Both the position numbers and the translations under genes were made by a program. 64,000 nt of DNA from Eledone cirrhosa (lineage: Eukaryota), in assembly GCA_964016885.1 (NCBI GenBank), contig OZ024740.1:145266001-145330000 (forward strand), given 5' to 3'. Positions 27,561 through 40,364 of the stretch are shown here, piece by piece. Each line of letters starts with the position of its first letter. Position 1 is the first letter of the stretch. Below the pieces are notes generated by a model that was given only the letters and a program-made list of their open reading frames with translations, had not been told where the DNA came from and did no database searches.

Positions 27561-29768
27561 TTAATGCCATGAACCTTCCCAATGATACATATCTGCTCTT
27601 TTTTTTAATATATTCCTCAACTTAAAACTTTGTTTTAAGTCGAACTATGGTTAAGTTTTTAAGCCGGTGGAGAAGATGTAAGTTTAATTTCTTCTTATAA
27701 CAATGATTTTTCGTTTTAAATAAACACTTTATGTAGCTAAAGGTATACAATTGCCTGTAAATGAATCAAATTTATTAGGAATGACAGCAGACAGAAAGAA
27801 TTACAGCAATGATAACATGCATATATCTAATAACAGCAGGTATACTATTTAAGATGTCAGTGATAGCACATAAGTAGGAAATGTTCTAAGCAGCAGTTTA
27901 CTGTTTCCAAATTTCTATAAACTGTTAAATTATAATCATATTGGAGAAACTGTTGATTTGAATATATTTAAAATTTTCAGCTATATTTTAAGATAAGTAT
28001 ATGATGATGCTATCTAGGTATAATGAGATAAATATTATTTCAAATGAAGATCTTACCTGCTGAATGCAGAAACTTAGAGATGCAAGATGGAACTGTAAGA
28101 AGATAATCTTAATGTAGATTGCTGCGATGGTGCTCCGCGATGGAACTAAACATCAAGTTTCAGCGCCTTTTAGCTTTTGTACGACTATTTTTCGCGGCAA
28201 TCCGTGGGGGCTGGAATATACTCTGATTAGGTAGGAGGGGGGAGAAGTATTTGTGATTGATGCCGTATATCAGTTGATTTTACCATTGTATTTGCATAGG
28301 TCTTTTTTTTATCTATTTTTTATGGCTTTCATAAAAATATATATGGTAGGCGGGGGTGGGGTAAAAGGAAATAAAGAAAGATGAAAACATGCAAGAAGTA
28401 GGAGGGCGGGAAGAAACAGACATTTCTGTGGGTGAAATAAATGGGCTTGTGTTGATAGTTGTGTACGTGAGTCGATGTCTTAACATATAAGCAATTGTTT
28501 ATGCGTATTTATGTAAAGTTCTATATGTGTGTGTACACGTGTATGTATGTTTACATCTGTGTGAGTTGGTTTGGGCTGTTACATTGTAGATTACCATTTT
28601 TAGTGAAAGTGTGTGCTTATTTGCGATTTCGTCTCAACGGACAGATAAATGTGCTTGCGTAGGTTTACGTGCTTATTTAGTGCATCTATCTGTCTGTGTG
28701 TATAGCATGGCTTTATTGGATTCGGGTCGGAGTGGGGTAGCAAAACTATGGGTGGAGTGTTGAAATCGTTTACAGCCAATAGCAGGTAGAGAAGAACAAG
28801 GAAGGAAACTGATCACAAAAGAAGGTGGGTACACGCTGAAGATATCACTGTGGAAGAGCTAGGTTCTATAGGATTTGCCAACATTCTGTTTTTATTTATT
28901 TATTTATTTACATTCTCTAAACGGTTTGGCACCACTATCTTCTTAGTTCTATATCGGAATAAGTTTTCATCTCAATCGCACACGTTTCTCTACCTCCCTA
29001 ACCTCTCTGCCACCAACCGACTACACTTTTCTTCGCTGTCTTCATTTCCGACTTCCACAAAATTAAGCTTCAATTTGCACAGACGTTTTCTTGTTTTCTT
29101 TTACCTTCTTTTTCTACATCTGTTTTTCTTTTTTCCTTTCTTTTTCTTTAGCTTTATTTCCTTTTATTTTTATTTATTTATTCATTTCTTTTCCTTCGTT
29201 AATTTTTTCTTTCTTTCTATAGTTTTTATTTATTTATTTCTATGTTATCACTCATTTGCACCACGCCAGACTATATTCTTTTTCTTTGTTTTACTTCAAA
29301 TATATTTCCGTTTTCTTCATATTTATAACTTTTTATTTGAAGTCTTATTCTAGGATTGAAAAAATGTTTTCTTTACTTCTCTGCCGTCAGTTAATAGCTC
29401 TAAATTTAATTTAAAGGCGTTTTCTAAATACATTCAGTAGAAGTGAGCACAGATTATAGAAATAATAATAATAATAAAAACTCAAACTGCAAATATATTT
29501 GTACATTTTGGCACACTTCTTAGTGATTATAAACATTTCGTATAAAACTATGTTATTTGTAATTTCACACTAAAAGTGATGTGACGTTGTTATTTATTTA
29601 TATGATGTAATAACGTTGGCGAAGTATAACTAACTAGTCATTCTGATGTAATTTGTAGCAGTTATACGAAGTGGCAGTCATTTATTAGAACAAGTACATC
29701 ACCATATGTCAGTACCCAATTAAATATTCAATTTATTGAAATATCATCTTTTTAATAATGATGATAAT

Positions 29769-31520
29769 ATGGGATGGATAGACTAGAAAAAGGCATTTGA
29801 CATGGTACCTCATTCTTGGATCACCAAAAGCCTAGAGATCTTCAAGGTGGCAGATAACATCAGACAGTTGTTGAGCAAAAGTATGAAGTCCTGGAAAACA
29901 GAGTTAACATCGGCTGGAGAATCCTTGGGAGGCGTGAAGATCAAGAGAGGTATCTTCCAGGGAGATAGTCTGTCTCCTCTGTTGTTTGTCCTTGCCCTGA
30001 TGCCCCTGACCATTATACTGCGAAAAGTGAGAGCAGGATACAAGTTGGGAAAGGGAGAGCTTACCATCAATCACCTCCTCTTCATGGACGATATTAAGCT
30101 CTTCGGGAAAAGTGTGAAGGAGTTGGGTGTGCTTGTTGACACTGTCCGTATTTTCAGCAATGATATATGTATGCAATTTGGTATTAGTAAGTGTGGAGTC
30201 CTTGTGATGAAGAGGGGTAAATTGAGCAGAAGCAACGGAATCCAGGTACCAACAGGTGAGATGATAAAGGAAATTGACACTGAAGAAGGATACAAATATT
30301 TAGGTGTTCTGGAGGCTGATGACATCAAAAACAAAAAAATGAAGGAATTGATAAGATCTGAATACATTCGGAGAGTAAGGAGCATATTAAAATCACATCT
30401 GAAGAGTAGGAATGCCATGAGTGCAGTAAATTCCCGAGTTGTGTCTATAATTAGGGACAGTGCGGGAATTCTGAGATGGAATGTTGCTGAACAAAAAGAA
30501 ATGGATTGGAAGACTAGGAAGCTATTGACTATCTACAACATGTTCCACAAGAGGAGTGATGTCGATAGACTCTACTTAAGGAGATCTGAAGGTGGAAGAG
30601 GTCTTATCAGCATAGATGACTGTGTTCAGATGGAGAAAAACAACCTACACAAATACGTGACTGATAGTAGGGAGCCAATGCTCAGGATTGTACTGAAGGA
30701 GAGGACAATAGACCAGGGGATGTCCAAGGAGGAAATAACAACAAGGAGAAAGAGCAACCTTCATGAAAAATCCCTTCATAGTACCTTCTTTGAGAAAACT
30801 GAATTCAGAGATCCACAGACATGGAACTGGTTGAAAAGAGCAGACCTTAAAAAGGCTACAGAAGGAATGCTAATGGCTGCACAAGAGCAGGCCCTCAAAA
30901 CGAAGTGGCTGAAACACCATATTTACAAGGAGGAGGCTAGCCCACTGTGTAGGATCTGTGGAGAGAGAGAGGTGACTGTGGCTCACATTGTATCCGAGTG
31001 TAAACACCTAGCCCAGACTCACTATAAAGGCTGGAGACATGATGTGATGGGCAGGGTGATCCACTGGCACCTATGCAAAGTAAACAATTTACCACATTCT
31101 GAGAAGTGGTATGAGCATAAGCCAGAGTCGGTGATAGAAAATGATCAGGTGAAGGTGCTATGGGATTTTAGGATACAGACGGACAAGAAACTGGAACACA
31201 ATAGACCTGACCTGGTGGTTTTAGACAAAGAAAAAAGATCGTGCCTGATAGTGGATGTAGCCTGCCCATTCGACACAAGAGTGCAAGAGAAGGAGAGGGA
31301 GAAAATCAACCGATACCAGGACTTAAAGTGGGAGGTAAAAAGGATTTGGAACTGCCATGAAGTCAAAGTGGTCCCGATTGTCATAGGCGCACTAAGTACT
31401 ATCTCAAAGAGTTTCCAAGGATAGTTAAAGAAAATTGGTCCCGCCCCGCTTTTTGGAACACTTCAAAAGGCATGCTTGCTGAGAACAGCAAGAACCCTCC
31501 GATACGTCCTGAATATCTGA
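29769..31520 (+). pseudogene. RT-zinc knuckle-restriction-like endonuclease ORF (partial; two in-frame TAG stops)
   Basis: WID*KKAFD, GIFQGDSLSP, HLLFMDDIKLF, YKYLG, GGRGL, CRICxxxxxTVAHIVSEC, RHD, RPDLVVLD, EKINRY, IVIGAL; after TAG 31422-31424 the frame continues LKKIG..LQKACLLRTARTLRYVLNI*. Confidence 0.9.
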
Positions 31521-31603
31521 GGCTGCAGGTAGTGGCTTGATATTCATTTCAACAAACTTTCCAGTTAAATATCATCAATGATTGAGACTCAAAGAACAAC
31601 AAC
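29769..31603 (+). mobile_element. R4/Dong-like RLE non-LTR retrotransposon, 5'-truncated (copy R1)
   Basis: Starts after TAATAATGATGATAAT, encodes RT + CCHC + RLE, has a short 3' UTR and ends in (AAC)(AAT)n. Confidence 0.9.
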
Positions 31604-31627
31604 AATAATAATAATAATAATAATAAT
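31604..31627. repeat. (AAT)n spacer/target between R1 and Tx1-A
   Basis: Direct reading; equivalent tracts at 29753-29768, 34025-34031, 34671-34707, 40771-40794, 46836-46868 and 52632-52652, and (ATT)n at 57939-57992. Confidence 0.95.
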
Positions 31628-34024
31628 GATTTCATTTATTAGCCACAAGGGCCGACATGTAGGGGGACAATGCAAAGACAGGGACAGTGGGGGGTTACAA
31701 TAAGGTCGAGTAAAAGTGCACAATGGCAAGACTAATTTAACAATGAAGATGTAAAAAATATAAAATAAACTATACAACAAAATAAATTCCCCTATAGAGG
31801 GTGGACGACTCAGGGGTGACTCAAGTACCCCACCAATCCTGAACCACCCTGCGCTTCTAGGGCACCCAGGGAGAGCACCCCTCTCCTCAAGTTAGCTAGC
31901 CTATAGGCCATTCTCGCCACATTCATCCACCTTTTAGTAAATGTACTGGGGGGAAGCACTTCTCTCTCCACCCTCACCTTCCTTTCCAGGTAAAACTTGA
32001 AGAAGTTGATGAGGGATTGGCCGAAGAGAAAAGTGTCTGTCTTCAGTCCTTTTAATCTGGTCCACCATATAACCTCTTTCGCAACGGCCACCAGGCAGAG
32101 GAAAATTTCCTGCTCTTCCTGACCTAAGGAAGGCGGCGGGTCGATCTTCACTATGGATTCGGCCGATAGCCGGATTTGTTCCACACGCGACAGTAGCTGT
32201 TCGACATAACTCCACAAGTCAGTAATGCGCGGACATTGGACAAGTACGTGCAGAACGGTTTCGTCGTTCTGTGCGCATCTTGGGCAGGTCCGTCTGACAG
32301 CACTTCCGTGCCTGTAGAGTTTATCCCGAACCGGCAGTGCCCCCGGTAGCACTGCCAAGCGAGGGATTTCTGGATATTGTCCATCGTCCCCGGCTCGAAA
32401 GTCCTCCGGTACAGACAAGTCAGTTCGACTTCGTCGAGGCCCAAAGCTTCTCCGAGTACGTCATCGCACTTGCCCACCACTAATCCTCTATAGAACTCGA
32501 GAGTGGAAGTTCCACTGACACATTGTCCGCTTGGTAGAGGGCAGTGAGTGCCTGGCAACATTCCAGGTGCCAGTCACCCAGTCTTGGTCTTTTCTTGACC
32601 CAGGACTGCAGCTCAGTCAAAGAAACGAGCTGGGGAAAGGCCCATCTGATAAACGGCGACCACACCTGTTCACCGTTTAGGCAGAATATCTGGTGATGTC
32701 GCAGCCTCAACGCATGTCTGCGCATCATTAGCCACGGCATGCCCAGCCCTCCGCGTAGAGGGAGCTGGCAGCAGATGGACCACCTCACCAACCGAACTTG
32801 TCCCCTCCACAAGAATTTGAAGAGGAGCCGTTCCAGCTTGACGAGGCGCGGACGGAGGAAAGGTACGACGGTCAGGCGGTAGTAGATGACGGACGTGATG
32901 TACGCATTCGCCACCTCCGCGCGACCTTTCAGTGATAGCTTCCTCCCAGCCCATTTTTGGGTGAGACTGGCTACTCTGCTCGTTACCTCGTCCCAATTCT
33001 TTTCCACCTGGAGGTCTGGTCCGAACCAAACCCCGAGCAACTTTACCGGTCCGTCCGTCCAGCGCCCCACGACGCTGTTGGACGGCATAGGCTTTCCTCT
33101 CCAGGTTTTGAGATGCAAGCTCACCGACTTTTCCGGGTTAAGTTTGGCTCCTGTCAACCTTTCATATTCCTTCAATAAGGTGCCGACCACCTCGATTTCT
33201 GAGGTGTCCGACACCATCACGGTGATGTCGTCCGCATAAGCCGACACCGCCCTTCCACGTCCCGGTTCGAGCGGGATGACCTGCAACAGCTCCAGCTTCC
33301 GCAGTAAATGCTAGAGAGTCAATACGTACAGAAGGGAAGAGAGAGGGCAACCTTGACGGACCGATCGGGAGAGCCGAAATGGTTCCGAGAGGTGGCTATT
33401 AACCTTGACCACCGAGCGTGTGCTGCTGTGCATTGCAGCGATCCAGCTTCTGAAGACAGGGCCGAAGCCAGCCGCTTTGAGGACAAACTCCAGATACCGA
33501 TGGTTGACCCTATCGAATGCTTTCGATTGATCTAAATTGATCAGTGCCCCACCGAAGCCAGGTTTACACCCTACCCTCTCTATGATGTATCGGATGAGGT
33601 GGAGATTGTCGTGTATGGACCTGGATGGGATTGCGCAAGTTTGCGCCTCCCCAACCAAATCCTCGACGAAAAGCGCCAATCTCTTTGCTAACACCTTGGC
33701 CAAAATCTTAAACTCTCTGTTGAACAGAGTTATGGGCCTGAAGTTGTCTAATGTATCCCTCTTGTTCTCGTCTTTCCTTATCAGCGTCACCACGCCTCTG
33801 CTCACAGAACTGGGAATACTCCCATTCTGTTGCCAGTTGCAGTAGAGTGCTTCGAGGAGATCGGAGAACAAGTCTGGCATATTTACGTAAATCTCGTAGG
33901 GCAGGCCATCCAAACCGGGTGACTTGCGCCTCATGCAGCCGACAAGGGCGTCCTGAATTTCGGCTGAAGTAATTGGCCTTTCGCAGCGCTCAGCGTCGAC
34001 CGTCGAGATGCGCGGCAAGCCGTC
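31628..34024 (-). mobile_element. Tx1/L1-clade non-LTR retrotransposon copy A, 5'-truncated (subfamily 1)
   Basis: ORF2 fragments KSPGLDGL, NFRPITL, LDQSKAFDRV, VRQGCPLS, AYADD, CPRC..ETVLHVLVQC; 3' end CCCTTGTGGCTAATAAA then (ATT)n; TAATAAT at the 5' junction. Confidence 0.92.
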
Positions 34025-34056
34025 TAATAATCAGAACGAAGTGGGTGAAACACCAT

Positions 34057-34669
34057 CATTGTATCCGAGTGTAAACACCTATCCCAGACTCACTATAAAG
34101 GCTGGAGACATATGATAGGCAGGGTGATCCACTGGCATCTATGCAAAGTAATCAATTTACCACATTCTGAGAAGTGGTATGAGCATAAGCCAGAGTCGGT
34201 AATAGAAAACGATCAGGTGAAGGTGCTATGGGATTTTAGGATACAGACGGACAAGAAACTGGAACACAATAGACCTGACCTGGTGGTTTTGGACAAAGAA
34301 AAAAGATCGTGCCTGATAGTGGATGTGGCCTGCCCATTCGACACAAGAGTGCAAGAGAAGGAGAGGGAGAAAATCAACCGATACCAGGACTTAAAGTGGG
34401 AGGTAAAAAGGATTTGGAACTGCCATGAAGTCAAAGTGGTCCCGATTGTCATAGGCGCACTAAGTACTATCTCAAAGAGTTTCCAAGGATAGTTAAAGAA
34501 AATTGGTCCCGCCCCGCTTTTTGGAACACTTCAAAAGGCATGGTTGCTGGGAACAGCAAGAACCCTCCGATATGTCCTGAATATCTGAGGCTGCAGGTAG
34601 TGGCTTGATATTCATTTCAACAAACTTTCCAGTTAAATAACATCAATGATTGAGACTCAAAGAACAACA

Positions 34670-34670
<1 letters not shown>
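34057..34670 (+). mobile_element. R4/Dong-like element, heavily 5'-truncated (copy R2)
   Basis: Near-identical to 30986-31600 (RLE domain and 3' UTR); ends in (AAT)n. Confidence 0.92.
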
Positions 34671-34711
<41 letters not shown>

Positions 34712-34959
34712 TCTTTATTAACCACAAGGGTTTACATAAAGTAGACATTAAGGACAGTACAGGACAATACAGGTCGGTACAAATGGGTATTTCTGCGTGT
34801 AAAAAACAAAAACAGAGGATGTAACAAAAAAATAACAATGAAAAATTCCCCAATAGTGGGGAGACTTCCGAGGGACATTTGTGGAGAAAGCCCATTAAAA
34901 GGCCACAGTGACCCTGACCACCAGGGCAAGTGCCCTTCTCCCAGTTTTCCACCTTTAAT

Positions 34960-37900
34960 TTACAGACACATACTCAGAGTAGGCCCATTCACTCAGGCCA
35001 TTCTTGCTTCTCTCACCCATCTTTCAACAAAATGCTGGGAAGAGAGCACTTCCCTCTCTACCCTAATTTTCCTTTTCAAATGAAATTTGAAAAAGTTAAT
35101 CAGGGCATCACCGAAGAGGTAAGTGCTCGTCTTCAGCCCTTTCAAACGTGTCCACCATACTATCTCTTTCGCCATGGCCACCAGACAGATAAAAACTGCC
35201 TGCCCTTCCAGGCTAAAGGAAGAGGGCGGGGCAATCCTCACGATGGACTCAGCTGATAGCTGGATCCGTCCTACACGCAGGTGTTCGACATAAACCCACA
35301 AGTCAGCAATGCTCGGGCACTGGACGAGTGCGTGCAGGACGGTTTCGTCGCCCTGTGCGCATCTCGGACATGCCCGACTGACGGCACCTCCATGCCTGTA
35401 GAGTTTATCCCGAACTGGCAAACTCCTCGGTAGCACTGGCAGGCCAGGGATTTCTGGAAGTTGTCCATAGGCTACGGCACGAAAGTTCTTCCGAAGAGAT
35501 TGGTTAGTTGATTTTCGTCGACGCTTAGAGTTTCCCCAAGTACGTCGTCGCTCTTCCCCTCCACTAATCCTCTACAGAACGCCAAGGTGGAGTTTCCACC
35601 GATCACATTTCCCGATTGGTCGAGGGCTGTGAGCTCCTGAAGACATTCCAGTCTCCAAGCGCTCCCTCTCGGTCTTCGCTTGACCCAGGACTGCAGCTCC
35701 GTCAAGGGGACGAGCTGAGGAAAGACGCGTCTAGCAAACGGCAACCACACCTGATCACCGTCGAGGAAGAGGTGGAGATGTCGTAGCCTGAGCGCGTGTC
35801 TGCGCATCATCAGCCACGGCATGCCCAGCCCTCCACGTAGCGGGTGTTGACAGCAGATGGACCGCCTGACCATCGGACCGCGTCTCTTCCACAAAAAGCG
35901 AAAGAGCAAACGCTCCAGCGCAGTCAGGCGGGGCTTAGGACAAGGTACGACGGTCAGGCGGTAGTAGATGACGGACACGATGTACACGTTAGCCCCTCCG
36001 CTCGACCTTTCAGGGATAGCTTCCTCTTCGCCCATTTCTGGGTGAGAGAAGCCACCCTGCTCGTCACCTCGTCCCAGTTTATGTCCGTCTGGAGGTCCGA
36101 ACCAAACCAGACCCCTAGCAATTTAACCGGTCCGTCCGTCCAGCGCCCGACGACGCTGTTGGACGGCATGGACCTGCCTCTCCAGGTGCCGAGCTGCAGG
36201 CCCACTGACTTTTTCTGGTTGATCATTGCTCCTGTCACCGCTTCGTATTCTCTTGTAGTGCCGATCGCCTCGATGTGTTTGGCGTTCGACACCACTACGG
36301 TGACATCGTTCGCATATGCTGCCACGGATCTTCCGCATCCTAGTTCGCGCGGGACGCCCCTCAACGTCTCCAGTTTGTGCAGTAATGGCTCGAGAGTCAA
36401 TACGTACAAGAAGGACGAGAGGGGACATCCTTGGCGGACCGAGCGCATGATGTTGAACGGTTCCGATAGGTGACCGTTCACTCTCACCACAGAACAGATG
36501 CCGCTGTGCATGGCAGCGATCCAGCCTCTGAAGACGGGCTCAACGCCAGCCGCCTTCAGGACTGCCGCTAGGTAACGATGGTCTACCCTATCGAAAGCTT
36601 TCGACTGATCTAAATTGATCAAGGACCCACCCGTGCCAGGTTCCCTAGCTACCCTCTCTACGATGTATCGCATGAGGTGGAGGTTGTCGTGGATGGATCT
36701 GTCGGGAATGGCGCATATCTGCGCCTCTCCCACCAGACCACCAACGACAAGCGCCAACCTCTTTGCTAGCACCTTGGCCAAAATCTTGAACTCTATGTTT
36801 AGCAGAGTTATGGGCCTGAAATTATCTGTTATCCCCCTTGTTGGATCCTTTCTCAGCAGCACCACCGCTCCTCGGCTCACAGAGCTGGGAATTCTCCCGT
36901 TCTGTTGCCAGTTGCAGTAGACGTCCGCCAAGAGGCCTCCGAACAAGTCTGGCATCTGTACGTAAAGTTCATAGGGCAGACCATCCAAACCAGGCGATTT
37001 ACCCATTGTGCAGCCAATCATTGCCTCCCGTACTTCAGCGACTGTTATCGGATTTTCGCAAACTCCGCCTCAGTGACCGAGAGCCGCGGCAGTCCGTCGA
37101 GGTAGACACTAAAGTCCATCCCTCGATCCGGCCCGCCGCTGCCCCCGAACAGCTGTGTGAAGTGTCGTTGAAAAGCTTCACACATTTGCCCGGGATCGAG
37201 TAGCATACGCCCGTCGTGGTCCACCAAAGACCGGATCGTGGCTTTGTTGCCACGACGCGCTCCGCCACTCGGGCCCATTGAACGGTTTTCGTCCCCTCGT
37301 GTCTGAGAGCACGCACCATAGCTCTGACAACGCAGCCTTCGTGCTTTGCATTGAAGAATTGGTCAAGGGCCAATTTCGCCGCAAGTACGTCGGTCACGAT
37401 GCCTTTGCTAAGCGCCTCGTCTAATTTTCTAACTAGTTGTCCCTCTGCTCTATTTTTCTCTATTGCTAAAGCCTTACTAAACCCAATGGACTCTATTCTA
37501 ATCGCTCTTTTCAGAGCAAACCACCACTTGTTGTTGACGATGACCCCGTCAACGCTCGCTTAACTAGTTCGCTAATCCGGTCTCTGTAGGCCTTGCGCGC
37601 TGGTAAGGACGCGTTTAGCTTCCAGTAGCCGGGTCCTCGTCTATGAAGCCTATCTAAGTCAAGCACACAGATCACGAATTTGTGGTCCATGTAGCTGACT
37701 ATCTTGAATTTTGGACAGCCTATGCTAGACCTATCTATTTCCCTACAAAATACTCTATCTAGATATGATCTGGATTAAACGATGCGGTTTGTCCATGTCC
37801 ACATTGGCACATTCGGGAAATCCAATCGGTACCTGTCAGACAGTTCAAAACGCCTGAGCAGGTTGGTGAGGCTCTTGCACCCTCCTCCACTATCCGTTAA

Positions 37901-38362
37901 TCCCACACAGTCCCAGCGTGCATCTAAGATCCCGTTCCTGTCGCCCACTAACACTAAAGAGCGGGACGTTCCTAGAAAGGTCTCTAGACGCCGGAAGAAA
38001 TCAGGCCGCCCTGCTCCTGTCGGGGCATAGACGGCCACTAGCCTGAAAGCTTGCTCGTCTCCGCTGGTCACGCCCAGCACCACCAACTTACCTTCTGGGT
38101 CCAGGAAGATGGCCCGTATGGCGAGATCCAAACCTCTCCGAAAAAGCACAGCAACTCCTCCCCCAGATCCAGGACGGCTGGGAGATGCGTACACATCGTA
38201 GCCGCCGAAGATCGGTGCGAAGGCCCGTGCTTCGGAGATTCTGGTCTCGCTGATGGCCACTACATCTATGTTTAGTGACCTGAGGTCGTTGAGCAGGTGG
38301 CCCTGCTTCCATGACGACCCCAAGCCACGCGCATTTATGCTGCCTATTCTGAGTGAGGTCAT
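34960..38362 (-). pseudogene. ORF2 of copy B: APE endonuclease-RT-C-terminal zinc finger, frameshifted
   Basis: SINARGL, ISET, LVGDxN (APE); KSPGLDG, DQSKAFD, QGCPLS, YAND (RT, mutated from YADD); CPRC..H..C. Confidence 0.92.
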
Positions 38363-38396
38363 GTTGAAATGGAGTGGAAAAGATGGGAAAGACCAC

Positions 38397-40364
38397 TTAC
38401 CTTACTTCTCCTAGAGGAAGGATGGTTTCTCCATCCCTTTTCACATGATCGTCTGGTTGAATCGTCCCTTCGGCTGGTCGTCGGCTCTTCTGTGAGTATA
38501 TTCGAATATACCCTCCGGTTGAGTGTCCCTCCTAGGTCTCTGAAATCACCAACTGCATTGGGGAATTTCGTTTTAATGTTTGTGTATTGTTTCTGTGCTA
38601 TTCTTACCAGTCTTATGTTCGTTGGTGTTTTGATTGGTGCTGGTATTATGTAGTCGTGCTGTGAAATGTATGTGTTCAATTATGTAAGTGATTAGTTTCT
38701 TGTGTGTATTTATTGCTGTGCATTTGTTTTTCTGGGGGTGGGGTGTGGTTCTGCTATTTTCTTGTCGTTGTTGCTGGGTGTGTGTGTTTTGTTGTTGTGT
38801 TTGCGATGTTGGTGCTTGTGGTGGTGGTGTTGAAGGTGTTGTTGTTGTTGCGGTGGAGTTGCCGCCGGTGGTGATGGTGGTGCTAGTGTGGGTGGTGATG
38901 GTGTTGGTGGTGTTGCTGCTGTAAATCTCTTTGCAGTAGCCTTTACCCTTTTTTCATTTCTTTCCTCCCTTTTCGAATGCAACGATGCGCTGTTTCTGCG
39001 TTTGTGCCTTCTTGCGACCTTTTGCCATCTCTCTCCCACCTCCCACTCGATGTCCGATTCTGTGATGTCGGGGAGGAGTCCCAGCTCCACTCTTTCACTT
39101 GTTGTTGTTGGTGATGTTTGCAATGGAGTCTCTGTTGCAGCTGCAGTTGGTATTACTGTTGTTGTTGTTAATACTTCCACTGCTGCTGCTGTTCTTGATT
39201 TCCGTGGCGTGGGTATGGGTGCCACGGACCTATCCTTCCTGCTTGCCGCCTGTCCTGTTGCTGGTAGCAGTGGAGCCGGTTTCGGAAGGAGGGGGTTTTC
39301 TCCTTTCTCAGGGTCTTCTCATTGCAGAAGGCCCTGAGGTGAGTCTTCGATCCACAGCGAAAGCATTTCGGGCGTTTGCCCTCAACACTTATGGGCAGTT
39401 GAGTGCCGTTATCGAAGTCTATCACATCCGGGATAGCTTCGATGCACTCCTGGTTGGTTTGGATTAACATCTCAATGGAGGTGCCGACCCAATCTTCTCG
39501 TACCTTTTTCTGTACTTGCAGTACAGTTGTTTTGTCCTCGATTCCGACGAGGACAGACGCGGCCAGCCAAGAAGAGGCCATCCCGGGGTGGGGGGGGTGT
39601 TTCAGTTTGACTCTCACAATTTTTTGCCCGCAGTAGGAGGGCACCAACACCATTTCCTCGCTCCTTAGGGTCACTAAGGATTGAGCCTTTGCCTCCTTGG
39701 GTGTGGCAAAAAGCACGTCCACGGTGGCATATTTCTTGCCTCGGGTGATATGCGTTTTCCGCTGCCACACAGACTCTAAGGATTTTTCTATTTGAGCCTC
39801 TGTGGCTCTTTCAACCCTACGTGATTTTGTGCTTACTGTACGGTACGTGACCGTACAATGCTGTTGGGTTTCGAAAAATGTTTCGGCTGCCTTGCAGATT
39901 GCTCGGTGTCCGGTTTTCGTCACCATCTTCCTTGCTTCCTGTAATTCCTCATTTGTTATAAGGATGGTTTCCAGGTTCTTTGCGATACCTGCAAACGAGA
40001 TTGGTTTTTCTTTCTTGTTGTTGTTGTTGTTGTCGACAGAGCTGCTGTTACTTTTGTTGTTGCTGCTAGTACTACGACCGCCGCCGCTGTTGCTGTAGTT
40101 GTTGTTGTTGCTGCTGCTGCTGTTGTTGTTGCTGTTGCTGCTGCTGCTGTTGTTATTTATGCTGCTGCTGCTGTTGTTATTTATGCTGCTGCTGATATTG
40201 TTGCGGCTGCTACTAGTGTTTTCCTTGTCACTGTTGCTGCTGCTGCTGTTATTACGGCTGCTACTGCTATTCTTCATGACGTCAGACGAATGAAATGGCT
40301 TTCCGTATTTACCGCACACATTTTTCGTCGTTGTCGTCGAGGAGAAATGTTCCACGGTATGCAA
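38397..40364 (-). pseudogene. ORF1 of copy B: gag-like nucleic-acid-binding protein, frameshifted
   Basis: Asn/Ser low-complexity N-terminus, SFAGIAK motif, central domain conserved across copies, CFRCGSKTHLRAFC knuckle, Pro/Thr-rich linker, KFPxxVGDFR C-terminal motif. Confidence 0.85.

Noticed and set aside
28850-29353. 167-aa Phe-rich ORF resembling a membrane protein
   Set aside because: Produced by T-rich low-complexity DNA; non-ATG start and no motif.
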